DNA from: Ruminiclostridium sp.
Lineage (GTDB): Bacteria; Bacillota; Clostridia; Oscillospirales; Ruminococcaceae
NCBI GenBank assembly: GCA_017465545.1
Contig: JAFTVY010000054.1
Span: 4,613 to 68,612, forward strand
Direction: 5' to 3'
Length of the DNA stretch: 64,000 nt
A program made the position numbers and the translations under genes. The notes under the pieces were generated by a model that saw only the letters and a list, made by a program, of their open reading frames with translations, was not told where the DNA came from and did not search any database. Below are positions 55,556-64,000 of this stretch, piece after piece (positions within the stretch are counted from its first letter, which is position 1; the number at the start of each line of letters is the position of its first letter).

Positions 55556-58500
55556 ATGAACAAACCACTACGCCGGGTAATCTCGGCAGCTCTGGCATTA
55601 TCCCTTTCGGTAACGCTTGCGGTAAATGCCTATGCAGAGGCGTCTGCAAACTCATATAGTCAGGAGGCTGCAAGTGCCGGTTATGCCAGAAAAGGACAGT
55701 ATGTGCTGTTCTCTACAGGCGAAAATGCGATGCAGCTTAATACAACCAAAACCACGGTAAACGGAAACCTTTATGCCGGCGGCGATTTAAACTCCTATAG
55801 TGGTGAGGTCGATGTCAATGGTAAAACCGTAATTGGCGGTAAGCTGTACAAGCATGATTATACTGTATGGGACAGCTATATTTTTGAAGAAAATGCGGAC
55901 AAGCAGTCCTTGGATAATGATGCGCTTGATAGTGCTTTCACCTCTATGCTGGGTGAAGATTATCTCACTCACGAATATTGGTATACCTATAGTGGATCTG
56001 AGGTTACAGGAGATGCTTCGATATATGCCAAAAGCGGACTTCAGTATTGTGCTGATTCCGTAAACATTTCGGGTACTCTGATATCGGATAGCTATATGAT
56101 GATAAGTGCATCCAAGGCATTTACTACAGAAGGCGAAATAAATATGTATGTTAAGAACGGCAATGTCGGCATTTACGCAGGTGAAGTCGATATTGACGGC
56201 GTTCTTTACGCACCGAATGGTACAGTACAGATATGTGCGACAGATGTTGACATAAGCGGTATGATCATCGCCAAGGAGATTCAGATAAGTGCACAGAATG
56301 TTACTATCAGCGAAAATCTTACTCTTTCTGTGGCTCAGTATGTGAAATGCTATGAGGATCAGATTTTTGCTATAAATGCAGAATATAACGCAGAAAGCAA
56401 AAATATAGATGTTGCCCTCGCAAGCACATATCCGGGCGGAGCATATAGCATATACACCTCCTGTGATGGAGAGGAATATCTGCTGAATGGCACAACGACT
56501 GAAACAAGCTATAGTTTTGTTGCGGATGAAACTGCAGATGTAATTTATATAAAAGCGGTACAGACTTATGATAACGGAGTTTCTCTTAATTCCAATATCG
56601 TAAAGATGGTAGCTGATGAAGAGCTGGGCTTCGTTCAGGAATATGTTGATACAGACAGCGACGGTCTTATTGATATGTATGAGCATATTTTTGGCAGTGA
56701 CATAGAAAACCCCGACACAGACGGAGACGGCTTGTCCGACTTTGTCGAGGTAATGATGTCTGCTACAGATCCGCTTTATATCGACTCTGACGAAGATGGA
56801 ATCGCTGACGGCGACGAGGACTGCGACGAGGATAAATTAACAAATTTACAGGAAATTGCATATAATACAAGTATCGTGTCAGAAGATACCGACAGTGATG
56901 GCCTTACCGATTATGAAGAAATTTTCACGTATGGCACAAAGCCTGAAAACCCTGATACAGACGGCGATACCATAAATGATGGTGACGAGGTCTCTATTGG
57001 TTTTGATCCTCTCAGTGCCGACTCTGACGGTGACGGAACAGACGACTGCAAGGAAAAGATAAGGCAGACCTATGTTCACGATGTTGAAAATGAAGATTGT
57101 GCCGTTGACGAGGTTATTGTTGACATTGAGGCTACAGGAAATATACAGGCTACAATGTCAGTTGAAAGCGTTATGGGCATTGATGTTCTCTGCTCAAATG
57201 TGGCAGGCCTTGTAGGCGAGCCCTTTGAGATAAACACCACATCTGAATTTGATGAAGCTACCATTACCTTTAAGGTAGATGCAGAAAAGCTCGACACAGA
57301 AATTGACAATCTGGTTATAGTGTGGTATGATGAAGATAATCGCGATTTTGTGATTATGGATACAGTATACGATTTTGAAAATAACACACTCAGCACCGTA
57401 ACCAATCATTTCAGTCTTTATTTTATTTCATTTAGAAAAGAAATGATGGAATACAATAAAGGAACTGCTATAGAGGAATATTATCCGGATATTCAGCTTC
57501 CTGATGTTATTTTTATTGCAACCGGTATGCAGGTGGAAGATGGCACTGCAGAAAATGGTTTGCAAGGTCAGCTTATATCCGATTATTTAGCCTTATCTGA
57601 AGCGGATACAAATCCTGCTATCGCATACAATGCGACAGAAATAATGGTACACAATGGTATATCTTATGAAACCATTGTATCATTTGGTTCGTATAAAACA
57701 GAGGTTGACAACGCATTACAGACCATTGACGAAACCAAGGTGTCTTATGATGGATATGCGGCACTTGCGGCGGCAGTCGGAAAATTCTCATCTGTTGCTT
57801 ACACAAGAGAACACAAAAAGGCAATTGTTGTATTCACTTATGGTGGAAACGAATATGCAAGTGATGATTGGATAGAAGCAGCTATAGAACATAATATAAC
57901 TGTTTGCGTTGTAGCTCTTGGGGACAGCTATTTACTTTCGCTGAAAGAAATAACCGAAAAAACTGGTGGTATATTTGTAACAGCGTCAGATAGTAATGCT
58001 ATGTCAAAAATTTATGACAAGCTTACTAGCTATGACTTATATGACTCCGATATCGACGGATTACCCGATGTGTTTGAAACTGCGGGTATGAAACTGCCTA
58101 CAGGTGAAATTATACGCACCAATATTGATAAGCCTGATAGTGACGATGATGGTTTACTCGACGGAGAAGAAATTGCCTATACCATAAATGACGGCTATGT
58201 TAAATTCAAGCTTGTTTCTAACCCGACATTAGCGGATAGTGATGGGGATGGGTATGATGACAAACACGATTCTACTAAACTTGTATCATCTGTAAGAAAA
58301 ACAGTACTGAAAGAAAATTATATTTCGGTAAAATATGATATGCCAGAATATGATAAAGTTGAACGCTGGGATAATCGTGGTAGTGAAATTTCTTATGGTG
58401 GAAATCAATCTTGGTTTTATAACAAAGATCTAAATATGGGCAATTCAAGAATTGAAAAAAGTGGATGTGGGTTGATAGCAATTTGTGATACTCTTTTATA

Positions 58501-59152
58501 CTTAGCTGAACGTGGAGTTGTTACAATCCCGTTTAATGTTAACCATAGCATATTTGACGATTATGAGATATCAAAAGGAAATCTTTCCCCTTTAGATTGC
58601 CCTTATGACCTTTCATCATATATGCAATATGTTACTGAAATGGAATATTTGAGATTTAATGTTATCAGCTATATTGGCTTGAATGGATTCGATATGGCGA
58701 ATACAATTAATACTTATTTTAAGGGTACAATTTCTGCAAAATGGCAATTTTCTCCTCGGTATAGCAATCCTATTGATCAGAAGTTTATTAATTATACATT
58801 TTTTCAACAGGTCACAGATATGATTAATAATGATATTCCTGTAATTCTTTCGATTGGTCCGTTCAGTTCTGGCGTGTATTTTTATAAATTAGATGAAGTT
58901 AACGACTCCTTACCAAGCTACATAGTGGATTATTTTTGTTACGAGGATCGAGATGGAGATGAAAAATATGAGGCATATCCTTGCTTAGTAAAAGGTCATT
59001 ACGTAACTGTAACAGGAACCGTTGTGGATACCGAAACTAATAAATTGTGGTTGCGAATTTCTTCATGGGGACACGAATATTATATAGATTATTTTGAATA
59101 TTCACCTCAAATAGGCCTATTTACAAACATACTTTGCATATCAAAGGAGTAA
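55556..59152 (+). CDS. secreted multidomain protein: beta-helix-like N-domain, DxDxDG Ca-binding repeats, degenerate vWA, C-terminal papain-fold peptidase
   Basis: Signal peptide; about 10 D(T/S)DxDG repeats; KKAIVVFTYGG / LKEITEKTGG vWA features; YGGNQ..SGCG (Cys971), GHYVTVTG (His1148) and SSWG. Confidence 0.8.
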   Translation: MNKPLRRVISAALALSLSVTLAVNAYAEASANSYSQEAASAGYARKGQYVLFSTGENAMQLNTTKTTVNGNLYAGGDLNSYSGEVDVNGKTVIGGKLYKHDYTVWDSYIFEENADKQSLDNDALDSAFTSMLGEDYLTHEYWYTYSGSEVTGDASIYAKSGLQYCADSVNISGTLISDSYMMISASKAFTTEGEINMYVKNGNVGIYAGEVDIDGVLYAPNGTVQICATDVDISGMIIAKEIQISAQNVTISENLTLSVAQYVKCYEDQIFAINAEYNAESKNIDVALASTYPGGAYSIYTSCDGEEYLLNGTTTETSYSFVADETADVIYIKAVQTYDNGVSLNSNIVKMVADEELGFVQEYVDTDSDGLIDMYEHIFGSDIENPDTDGDGLSDFVEVMMSATDPLYIDSDEDGIADGDEDCDEDKLTNLQEIAYNTSIVSEDTDSDGLTDYEEIFTYGTKPENPDTDGDTINDGDEVSIGFDPLSADSDGDGTDDCKEKIRQTYVHDVENEDCAVDEVIVDIEATGNIQATMSVESVMGIDVLCSNVAGLVGEPFEINTTSEFDEATITFKVDAEKLDTEIDNLVIVWYDEDNRDFVIMDTVYDFENNTLSTVTNHFSLYFISFRKEMMEYNKGTAIEEYYPDIQLPDVIFIATGMQVEDGTAENGLQGQLISDYLALSEADTNPAIAYNATEIMVHNGISYETIVSFGSYKTEVDNALQTIDETKVSYDGYAALAAAVGKFSSVAYTREHKKAIVVFTYGGNEYASDDWIEAAIEHNITVCVVALGDSYLLSLKEITEKTGGIFVTASDSNAMSKIYDKLTSYDLYDSDIDGLPDVFETAGMKLPTGEIIRTNIDKPDSDDDGLLDGEEIAYTINDGYVKFKLVSNPTLADSDGDGYDDKHDSTKLVSSVRKTVLKENYISVKYDMPEYDKVERWDNRGSEISYGGNQSWFYNKDLNMGNSRIEKSGCGLIAICDTLLYLAERGVVTIPFNVNHSIFDDYEISKGNLSPLDCPYDLSSYMQYVTEMEYLRFNVISYIGLNGFDMANTINTYFKGTISAKWQFSPRYSNPIDQKFINYTFFQQVTDMINNDIPVILSIGPFSSGVYFYKLDEVNDSLPSYIVDYFCYEDRDGDEKYEAYPCLVKGHYVTVTGTVVDTETNKLWLRISSWGHEYYIDYFEYSPQIGLFTNILCISKE

Positions 59153-59158
59153 TGTGAA

Positions 59159-59815
59159 ATGTGTAAAGCGATTAAAATCGGCTTGATAATCTGTAGTTTT
59201 ATTTCAGTAACCCTGATAATACTTCATATATCAGTTATTGGTATCTGTTGGGGACTTGACATTTTTAAAACAAAAGACTTAGCAGATTTTATCGGGTGGG
59301 ATAATATAGAATATGTGACAGCAGACGATACTTACATAAATTTGATACTTCATTCTTCATCATACGATAGTATAGAAAATAAAAATAATCTTTCTGAAAC
59401 AGAAAGAGTTCTTAATTATCTCGAAAGGATAAATTCTTATATAAACAGTAACGATCATTACAAAAAAATGAAGGTGAAAATTCAGTATGGGGAAAGGCTC
59501 CGCAATGTAATCGGATTGTCAAATGTAGTGACCTTTGCAAATTATTCTCTTTCAGGAAAAAATGAAGAACGCTACGATGGTTTTTATAGTATAATGTGGG
59601 AAGATGGTATTCCTATCGAATTTGGTTTCTTTCATGTTTCGCCCTGGAACAATATGCGTGAAATAACGTTTTGGAACTATTTTGCTCCAGAAAATCCTGA
59701 AGAAATAAAAAACTTGACAAAGCTTGATTACCTTTATTTTCATGAGAAGTTAGACGAAGAAATCTATAATGAGCTTTGCACTTATGCGCCTTGGTGTGAA
59801 ATAGAGGTAAGATAA
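59159..59815 (+). CDS. membrane-anchored/secreted protein, candidate immunity protein
   Basis: Starts 6 bp after the upstream stop; N-terminal hydrophobic helix. Confidence 0.7.
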   Translation: MCKAIKIGLIICSFISVTLIILHISVIGICWGLDIFKTKDLADFIGWDNIEYVTADDTYINLILHSSSYDSIENKNNLSETERVLNYLERINSYINSNDHYKKMKVKIQYGERLRNVIGLSNVVTFANYSLSGKNEERYDGFYSIMWEDGIPIEFGFFHVSPWNNMREITFWNYFAPENPEEIKNLTKLDYLYFHEKLDEEIYNELCTYAPWCEIEVR

Positions 59816-60077
59816 TTTGATAGATGTATAAGCTATCTATCTTATTAAACGAGCCAAACACCTATCCCTGACACATATTGCCATGTCGGGGTGGGTGGTT
59901 TGAGACGAGTTTGGATAGGAATTTGGTGTCTAAAACGAACTAAATGTCATAAGATGGTTAACAAACAGTTTAATGGTCATTAATAAAAATGTAAAAATGA
60001 TGAAGAAAACGCCGTGTTTCAGAAGTTTGATTCATTATTCAGAAAAATGAAAGAAAACAGAATGCTAGCGGAGGAAA

Positions 60078-60521
60078 GTGATGAGACAGAGTAAACAAAT
60101 AATTTCAGCAGTAATTTTAGCACCTGTTATTGTGCTTTTGATTTCGGTTTATTCAAATGTGGTGCATATATTATTTAATCAATTATCTGATTTCTTCTAT
60201 GAAAATCATTTTATGTTTATTCCGCTATCAGTAATTAATATACTGGTGCTTGTTGCACTTGTATTTTTGCCAACTTTATTCGTGACACGAAAATTTAGAA
60301 TTAAGCCTATACATACAATTATCAGTTGTGTTATTATTTACCTGATATATTCTGTAGTGCCGTTTCTTCCATTCGTATTTATTGAAATTTCAGGCTATTT
60401 CAGTTCGGTTAGCTACGTATTATCTTCATGGATAGAGGTGCTTGTAGTATCATTCGTTGCAGGAGTTATTATGTTTGTTACCTGCTATATTGCAAATAGA
60501 AAAAAAGATAAAACAACTTAA
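60078..60521 (+). CDS. small 4-TM membrane protein
   Basis: GTG start after GGAGG; hydrophobic throughout. Confidence 0.65.
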   Translation: MMRQSKQIISAVILAPVIVLLISVYSNVVHILFNQLSDFFYENHFMFIPLSVINILVLVALVFLPTLFVTRKFRIKPIHTIISCVIIYLIYSVVPFLPFVFIEISGYFSSVSYVLSSWIEVLVVSFVAGVIMFVTCYIANRKKDKTT

Positions 60522-60524
60522 TTT

Positions 60525-61835
60525 ATGGCTCGAAAAGAGGATGTATATATGAGGCAAGCAAATAGCACAATAAAAGGTTATTTATATCAGTTCAATAAAT
60601 CAATTCTCGAAATATTAAGTGCTGATGACGAAGCTTCTATAACACTTGAAGGAGTTATTGAAGATATAGATATACAATTGCCAAATGCAACTTCTACGAT
60701 TCAGTGTAAATACCACGAGGATGCTAAATTTACCATGTCTAGTGTAGCTGCTCCTATTTTGGAAATGATATGTCACTATAATGAGTGTGTTGCATTAGGT
60801 AAAAGTACTAAATATATTTTATTTGCACACTATGCTGAAAATGTTGACCAAATTGATACAGATGCTTTTGAAAAACATATATCATCAACTACCAGCAAGG
60901 AACTACAACTCTCGTATTTTCACAAAATTTATACTATTCCCGATGCTTCAATACTTAATCTTGCAAATAAGCCTAAGAAAAGTAAAGAAGATAAGACGAA
61001 GATTTTAGATTACTATACATCTAATAGGCCTTTGCGCTTGTGCTTAGATTTGAGTAAATTTTGGGAATGTTTTGAATACGTACAAGCGGAAGAATTTGAA
61101 GAGCTAAAAGACAAGGTGATTGAAAAGTTGTGCGAGCAAACGGATCGCCAAACTGCCGAAGATTTGTATTACCCTAACGCCTTTTCGATGGTTGCTAACC
61201 TTTCTTCCGAGTCAGAAATTAGTAATCGAACTGTTGACAAACAAAGCTTTATTGAAGAACTAAAATCAAAAGAGACTGTTCTTATAACGAAATGGATGTT
61301 GGCTGGACTGGATAGAAAGAAAATTTTGCAAGCAAAAAAAATGCATTTGTCTGCTTCTTTTTCATTGAACACAGCAATTCGAGCTTTTGTGTTTTCGGAG
61401 CGCTTTCACACATCAAACGAAGAACAAATAATTCCTTTTATTCAGGAATATATCGCTAAGTATTACAAGAAGAAAGCACTTCAAAGACCGCCTCTGTTTG
61501 TTTTTGAAAATGGCTCCGATATAATTCAAAAAGTAATATTGGGATTACATAAGTATCAAAAAGCAGTAAATAGCGGATTGGTTGGAAATGTATTTATGCC
61601 TGACAGTTTTGTAAACAACACGGATTGTTCTTCAGAGTTTGTATGCAAAATAGCATCTTTGGAAAATATAACTACCACAATTTTTGAATCCTGTAATGTG
61701 AATCAATTGTATATTATTGGGGATGTGTCAGCTGAATTAAGTAGTTCAAATTATTACACAGAGCAAATTGAAATTGAAGAATTGAATGTATTGAGGTATT
61801 TGGTTAATTTGGAAAGAAACTTGGAGGTGTCATAA
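60525..61835 (+). CDS. DUF4297/Cap4-like PD-(D/E)xK nuclease, anti-phage associated
   Basis: ANSTIKGYLYQF...EGVIEDIDI...IQCKYHE nuclease core. Confidence 0.8.
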   Translation: MARKEDVYMRQANSTIKGYLYQFNKSILEILSADDEASITLEGVIEDIDIQLPNATSTIQCKYHEDAKFTMSSVAAPILEMICHYNECVALGKSTKYILFAHYAENVDQIDTDAFEKHISSTTSKELQLSYFHKIYTIPDASILNLANKPKKSKEDKTKILDYYTSNRPLRLCLDLSKFWECFEYVQAEEFEELKDKVIEKLCEQTDRQTAEDLYYPNAFSMVANLSSESEISNRTVDKQSFIEELKSKETVLITKWMLAGLDRKKILQAKKMHLSASFSLNTAIRAFVFSERFHTSNEEQIIPFIQEYIAKYYKKKALQRPPLFVFENGSDIIQKVILGLHKYQKAVNSGLVGNVFMPDSFVNNTDCSSEFVCKIASLENITTTIFESCNVNQLYIIGDVSAELSSSNYYTEQIEIEELNVLRYLVNLERNLEVS

Positions 61836-61838
61836 GTA

Positions 61839-63611
61839 ATGATTGAAATAGGAAAAGTTATAAATAGCACTCCTGGCACAATACAGGTGTTGCTAAATAG
61901 TATAGAGGTCTTTGATCAAAATAAATCGAAGATTAAGGTTTCAAAATATTTATCTATCGAGGATGGTAACGACTTATACATACTTGCATCAATTCAAAAT
62001 GTGTGCGCTGTTCAATCCAAAGATGCAGATACAATTAACTATACGGTTTCTTGCGCACCGATAGGATGCTATTCAGAAACTGATATTGGAATTTCTTTTA
62101 GGCAAGGTGGTGTCAATCTTCCTTCGCCTACGGAACCAGCATATTTGCCGGATGACGAAGTCATTAATGCGATTTTTAGTAGCAATGATAATTTTTCGTT
62201 CCAAATAGGAAGCCTTTCTAATAATAATGCGGTAAACTATTTTGTGGATGGAAATAAGTTTTTTGGAAAGCATATAGCCGTTGTAGGCTCTACGGGTTCT
62301 GGTAAGTCTTGCGCGGTTGCTCGTCTCTTGCAAAATATAATGAAGATCAATAATGGTCACAATGAAAATGCCGATTCATTGAAAAATTCTCATGTTATTA
62401 TTTTTGATATTCATTCCGAGTATCAATCGGCTTTTAAACTTGCAATTGAAGAAAACTTTAGTGTAAATTGTCTTGATGTTGAAAAACTTTGTTTGCCGTA
62501 TTGGTTAATGAATTCTCAAGAATTAGAGGCTCTTTTTATAGAAAGCAATGAAATGAATTCTCACAATCAAACATCGCAATTCAAGAAAGCTGTAATTCTC
62601 AGTAAGGAAAAACACAATCCCACTATGGAGCATATCAACTATGATACTCCGGTGTATTTTGATATATCTGAAGTGTACCGGTATATCAAGAACAAAAACA
62701 GCGAGGTTATAAATAAAAACGATACATTGCCACATCTTCCTAAACGTAGTGATGGAACGATAATAAGCGATGCTGACAATGTATATTTGAATGAAGATGT
62801 AACTTTTGCAGCGACAAGCACCGCCAAAGAGTCAAAGACATCAAATGGTCCTTATAATGGGGAGTTTGAGAGATTTGTAACTCGTTTAGAAACAAAGCTA
62901 TCTGACAAGAGACTCAAATTTATAACTGCGCCAAAAAAAGAAAGTGGTGAAGAATTTAAAACAGAAGATTTTGATGTTATTCTTCAACAATTCTTGGGGT
63001 ACATAGACAAAAGTAATGTTACCATTATCGATTTGAGTGCTATACCTTTTGAAGTTCTCAGCATTGTTATTAGTTTGCTCTCGAGAGTTATTTTCGACTT
63101 TGCTTTCCACTATTCAAAACTTCGTCACACATCGGGTTTGGTTAATGATATTCCTTTTATGCTTGTATGCGAAGAAGCTCATAACTATATACCTAAAAAT
63201 GGTGGCGCAGAATATAATGCTTCTAAGCATTCTATTGAGAGAATAGCTAAAGAAGGTAGAAAATACGGATTGAATTTAATGGTTGTAAGTCAAAGACCTT
63301 CTGAAGTATCAGAAACCATTTTCTCACAATGTAACAATTTTATTGTTCTGAAATTAACTAATGTGAACGACCAAAACTGTATTAAAAATTTGCTACCTGA
63401 TAATAATTCTTCGTTGGTTGATACTCTTCCTACTTTAGCGGCTGGTGAATGCCTAGTAGTCGGAGATGCTGTTCCTCTTCCTGCTGTTGTAAAAATGAGT
63501 ATGCCAAATCCTACACCAAGTTCTAGCAATGTTAATGTTTATGATGAGTGGAATAAAGATTGGATTAATATTGCGTTTGAAGAAATTATAAAGCGCTGGA
63601 GAAAAGAGTGA
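61839..63611 (+). CDS. HerA/FtsK-family ATPase, anti-phage associated
   Basis: HAS-barrel N-terminus; GSTGSGKS, FDIHSEY, VCEEAHNY, KEGRKYG and SQRPSE motifs. Confidence 0.92.
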   Translation: MIEIGKVINSTPGTIQVLLNSIEVFDQNKSKIKVSKYLSIEDGNDLYILASIQNVCAVQSKDADTINYTVSCAPIGCYSETDIGISFRQGGVNLPSPTEPAYLPDDEVINAIFSSNDNFSFQIGSLSNNNAVNYFVDGNKFFGKHIAVVGSTGSGKSCAVARLLQNIMKINNGHNENADSLKNSHVIIFDIHSEYQSAFKLAIEENFSVNCLDVEKLCLPYWLMNSQELEALFIESNEMNSHNQTSQFKKAVILSKEKHNPTMEHINYDTPVYFDISEVYRYIKNKNSEVINKNDTLPHLPKRSDGTIISDADNVYLNEDVTFAATSTAKESKTSNGPYNGEFERFVTRLETKLSDKRLKFITAPKKESGEEFKTEDFDVILQQFLGYIDKSNVTIIDLSAIPFEVLSIVISLLSRVIFDFAFHYSKLRHTSGLVNDIPFMLVCEEAHNYIPKNGGAEYNASKHSIERIAKEGRKYGLNLMVVSQRPSEVSETIFSQCNNFIVLKLTNVNDQNCIKNLLPDNNSSLVDTLPTLAAGECLVVGDAVPLPAVVKMSMPNPTPSSSNVNVYDEWNKDWINIAFEEIIKRWRKE

Positions 63612-63760
63612 TTCTATACATTAAGTGAACAACCCAAAAAGGTTCTATGTTTCTCTAAACTGAATTGTATTAATGTGATTGTTACTGTGAAACGGCACCC
63701 AAGTAAAGGGTAAAGAAAATTTAAACCAAATTAAGTACAATTTCTTATCACTTCTTCTTA

Positions 63761-64000
63761 TCACTTATTGATTGTACTACTCCCCACCCTAAACCCCAAA
63801 CTACTCTTTCCCCCATCCTTCCTGTACCTCTGTTCCGTCGTAACAAGTCCTGCACCTCGCAGGTCGTTCAGCGCACGGATAACAGTACGGCGGGAAAGCT
63901 TCAGATCGCTTGCAATTCTGCCTATTGATGGCCAGCATTCGCCTTTTGAATTTGCTCTGCCGTCAAGGTAAATATAGACAGAAATCGCTCTGTGTTCTAA
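63761..64000 (-). CDS. winged-HTH protein typical of clostridial ICE/IME backbones (partial, 5' end outside the window)
   Basis: LEHRAISVYIYLDGRANSKGECWPSIGRIASDLKLSRRTVIRALNDLRGAGLV...GGKSS. Confidence 0.75.
   Translation of the reverse strand, partial: LEHRAISVYIYLDGRANSKGECWPSIGRIASDLKLSRRTVIRALNDLRGAGLVTTEQRYRKDGGKSSLGFRVGSSTINK

Larger units (their letters stand above)
42756..64000. mobile_element. serine-recombinase integrative element (ICE/IME-like) inserted in cotJC; continues past the window end
   Basis: Terminal large serine recombinase, the sigma70-r4 + HTH module typical of Tn916/Tn1549-type regulatory ends, AT-rich cargo, and an ICE-type HTH gene at the right edge. Confidence 0.85.

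Noticed and set aside
59860-59935. Hairpins after the candidate immunity gene (CCCTGACA...TGTCGGGG)
   Set aside because: Compatible with an ordinary terminator or processing site; nothing more can be supported.
63742-63766. Direct repeat TTCTTATCACTT x2 next to the HTH stop
   Set aside because: A possible cargo-insertion scar, but I found no partner copy in the window.

Overview
Chromosomal segment of a Clostridia bacterium. Gene content, codon style and sigmaA-type promoters fit Oscillospiraceae/Ruminococcus-like organisms (inference). Positions 1 to about 42.75 kb are mostly host genes: htrA, a TetR-controlled DUF5058/M20 peptidase operon, a GH113/oxidoreductase locus flanked by two AraC genes, a TrkH-type K+ transporter, tRNA and 16S methyltransferases, a GH94 phosphorylase, guaB, htpG with a perfect CIRCE, the RNase P RNA, folC, an NCS1 permease, a giant DUF4132-type protein and a sugar-binding lipoprotein. 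From about 42.76 kb to the window end lies a visibly AT-rich integrative element carrying a large serine recombinase. It is inserted in a cotJC/manganese-catalase-family gene, whose unannotated 3' half sits at 42603-42755. Its cargo includes a complete agrACBD-type quorum-sensing cassette (AgrD is missing from the ORF track), a secreted protein plus ABC exporter, a 1198-aa secreted repeat/vWA/papain-fold protein with a candidate immunity gene, and a DUF4297-HerA anti-phage pair. All family assignments come from motif recognition by eye; no database searches were run.
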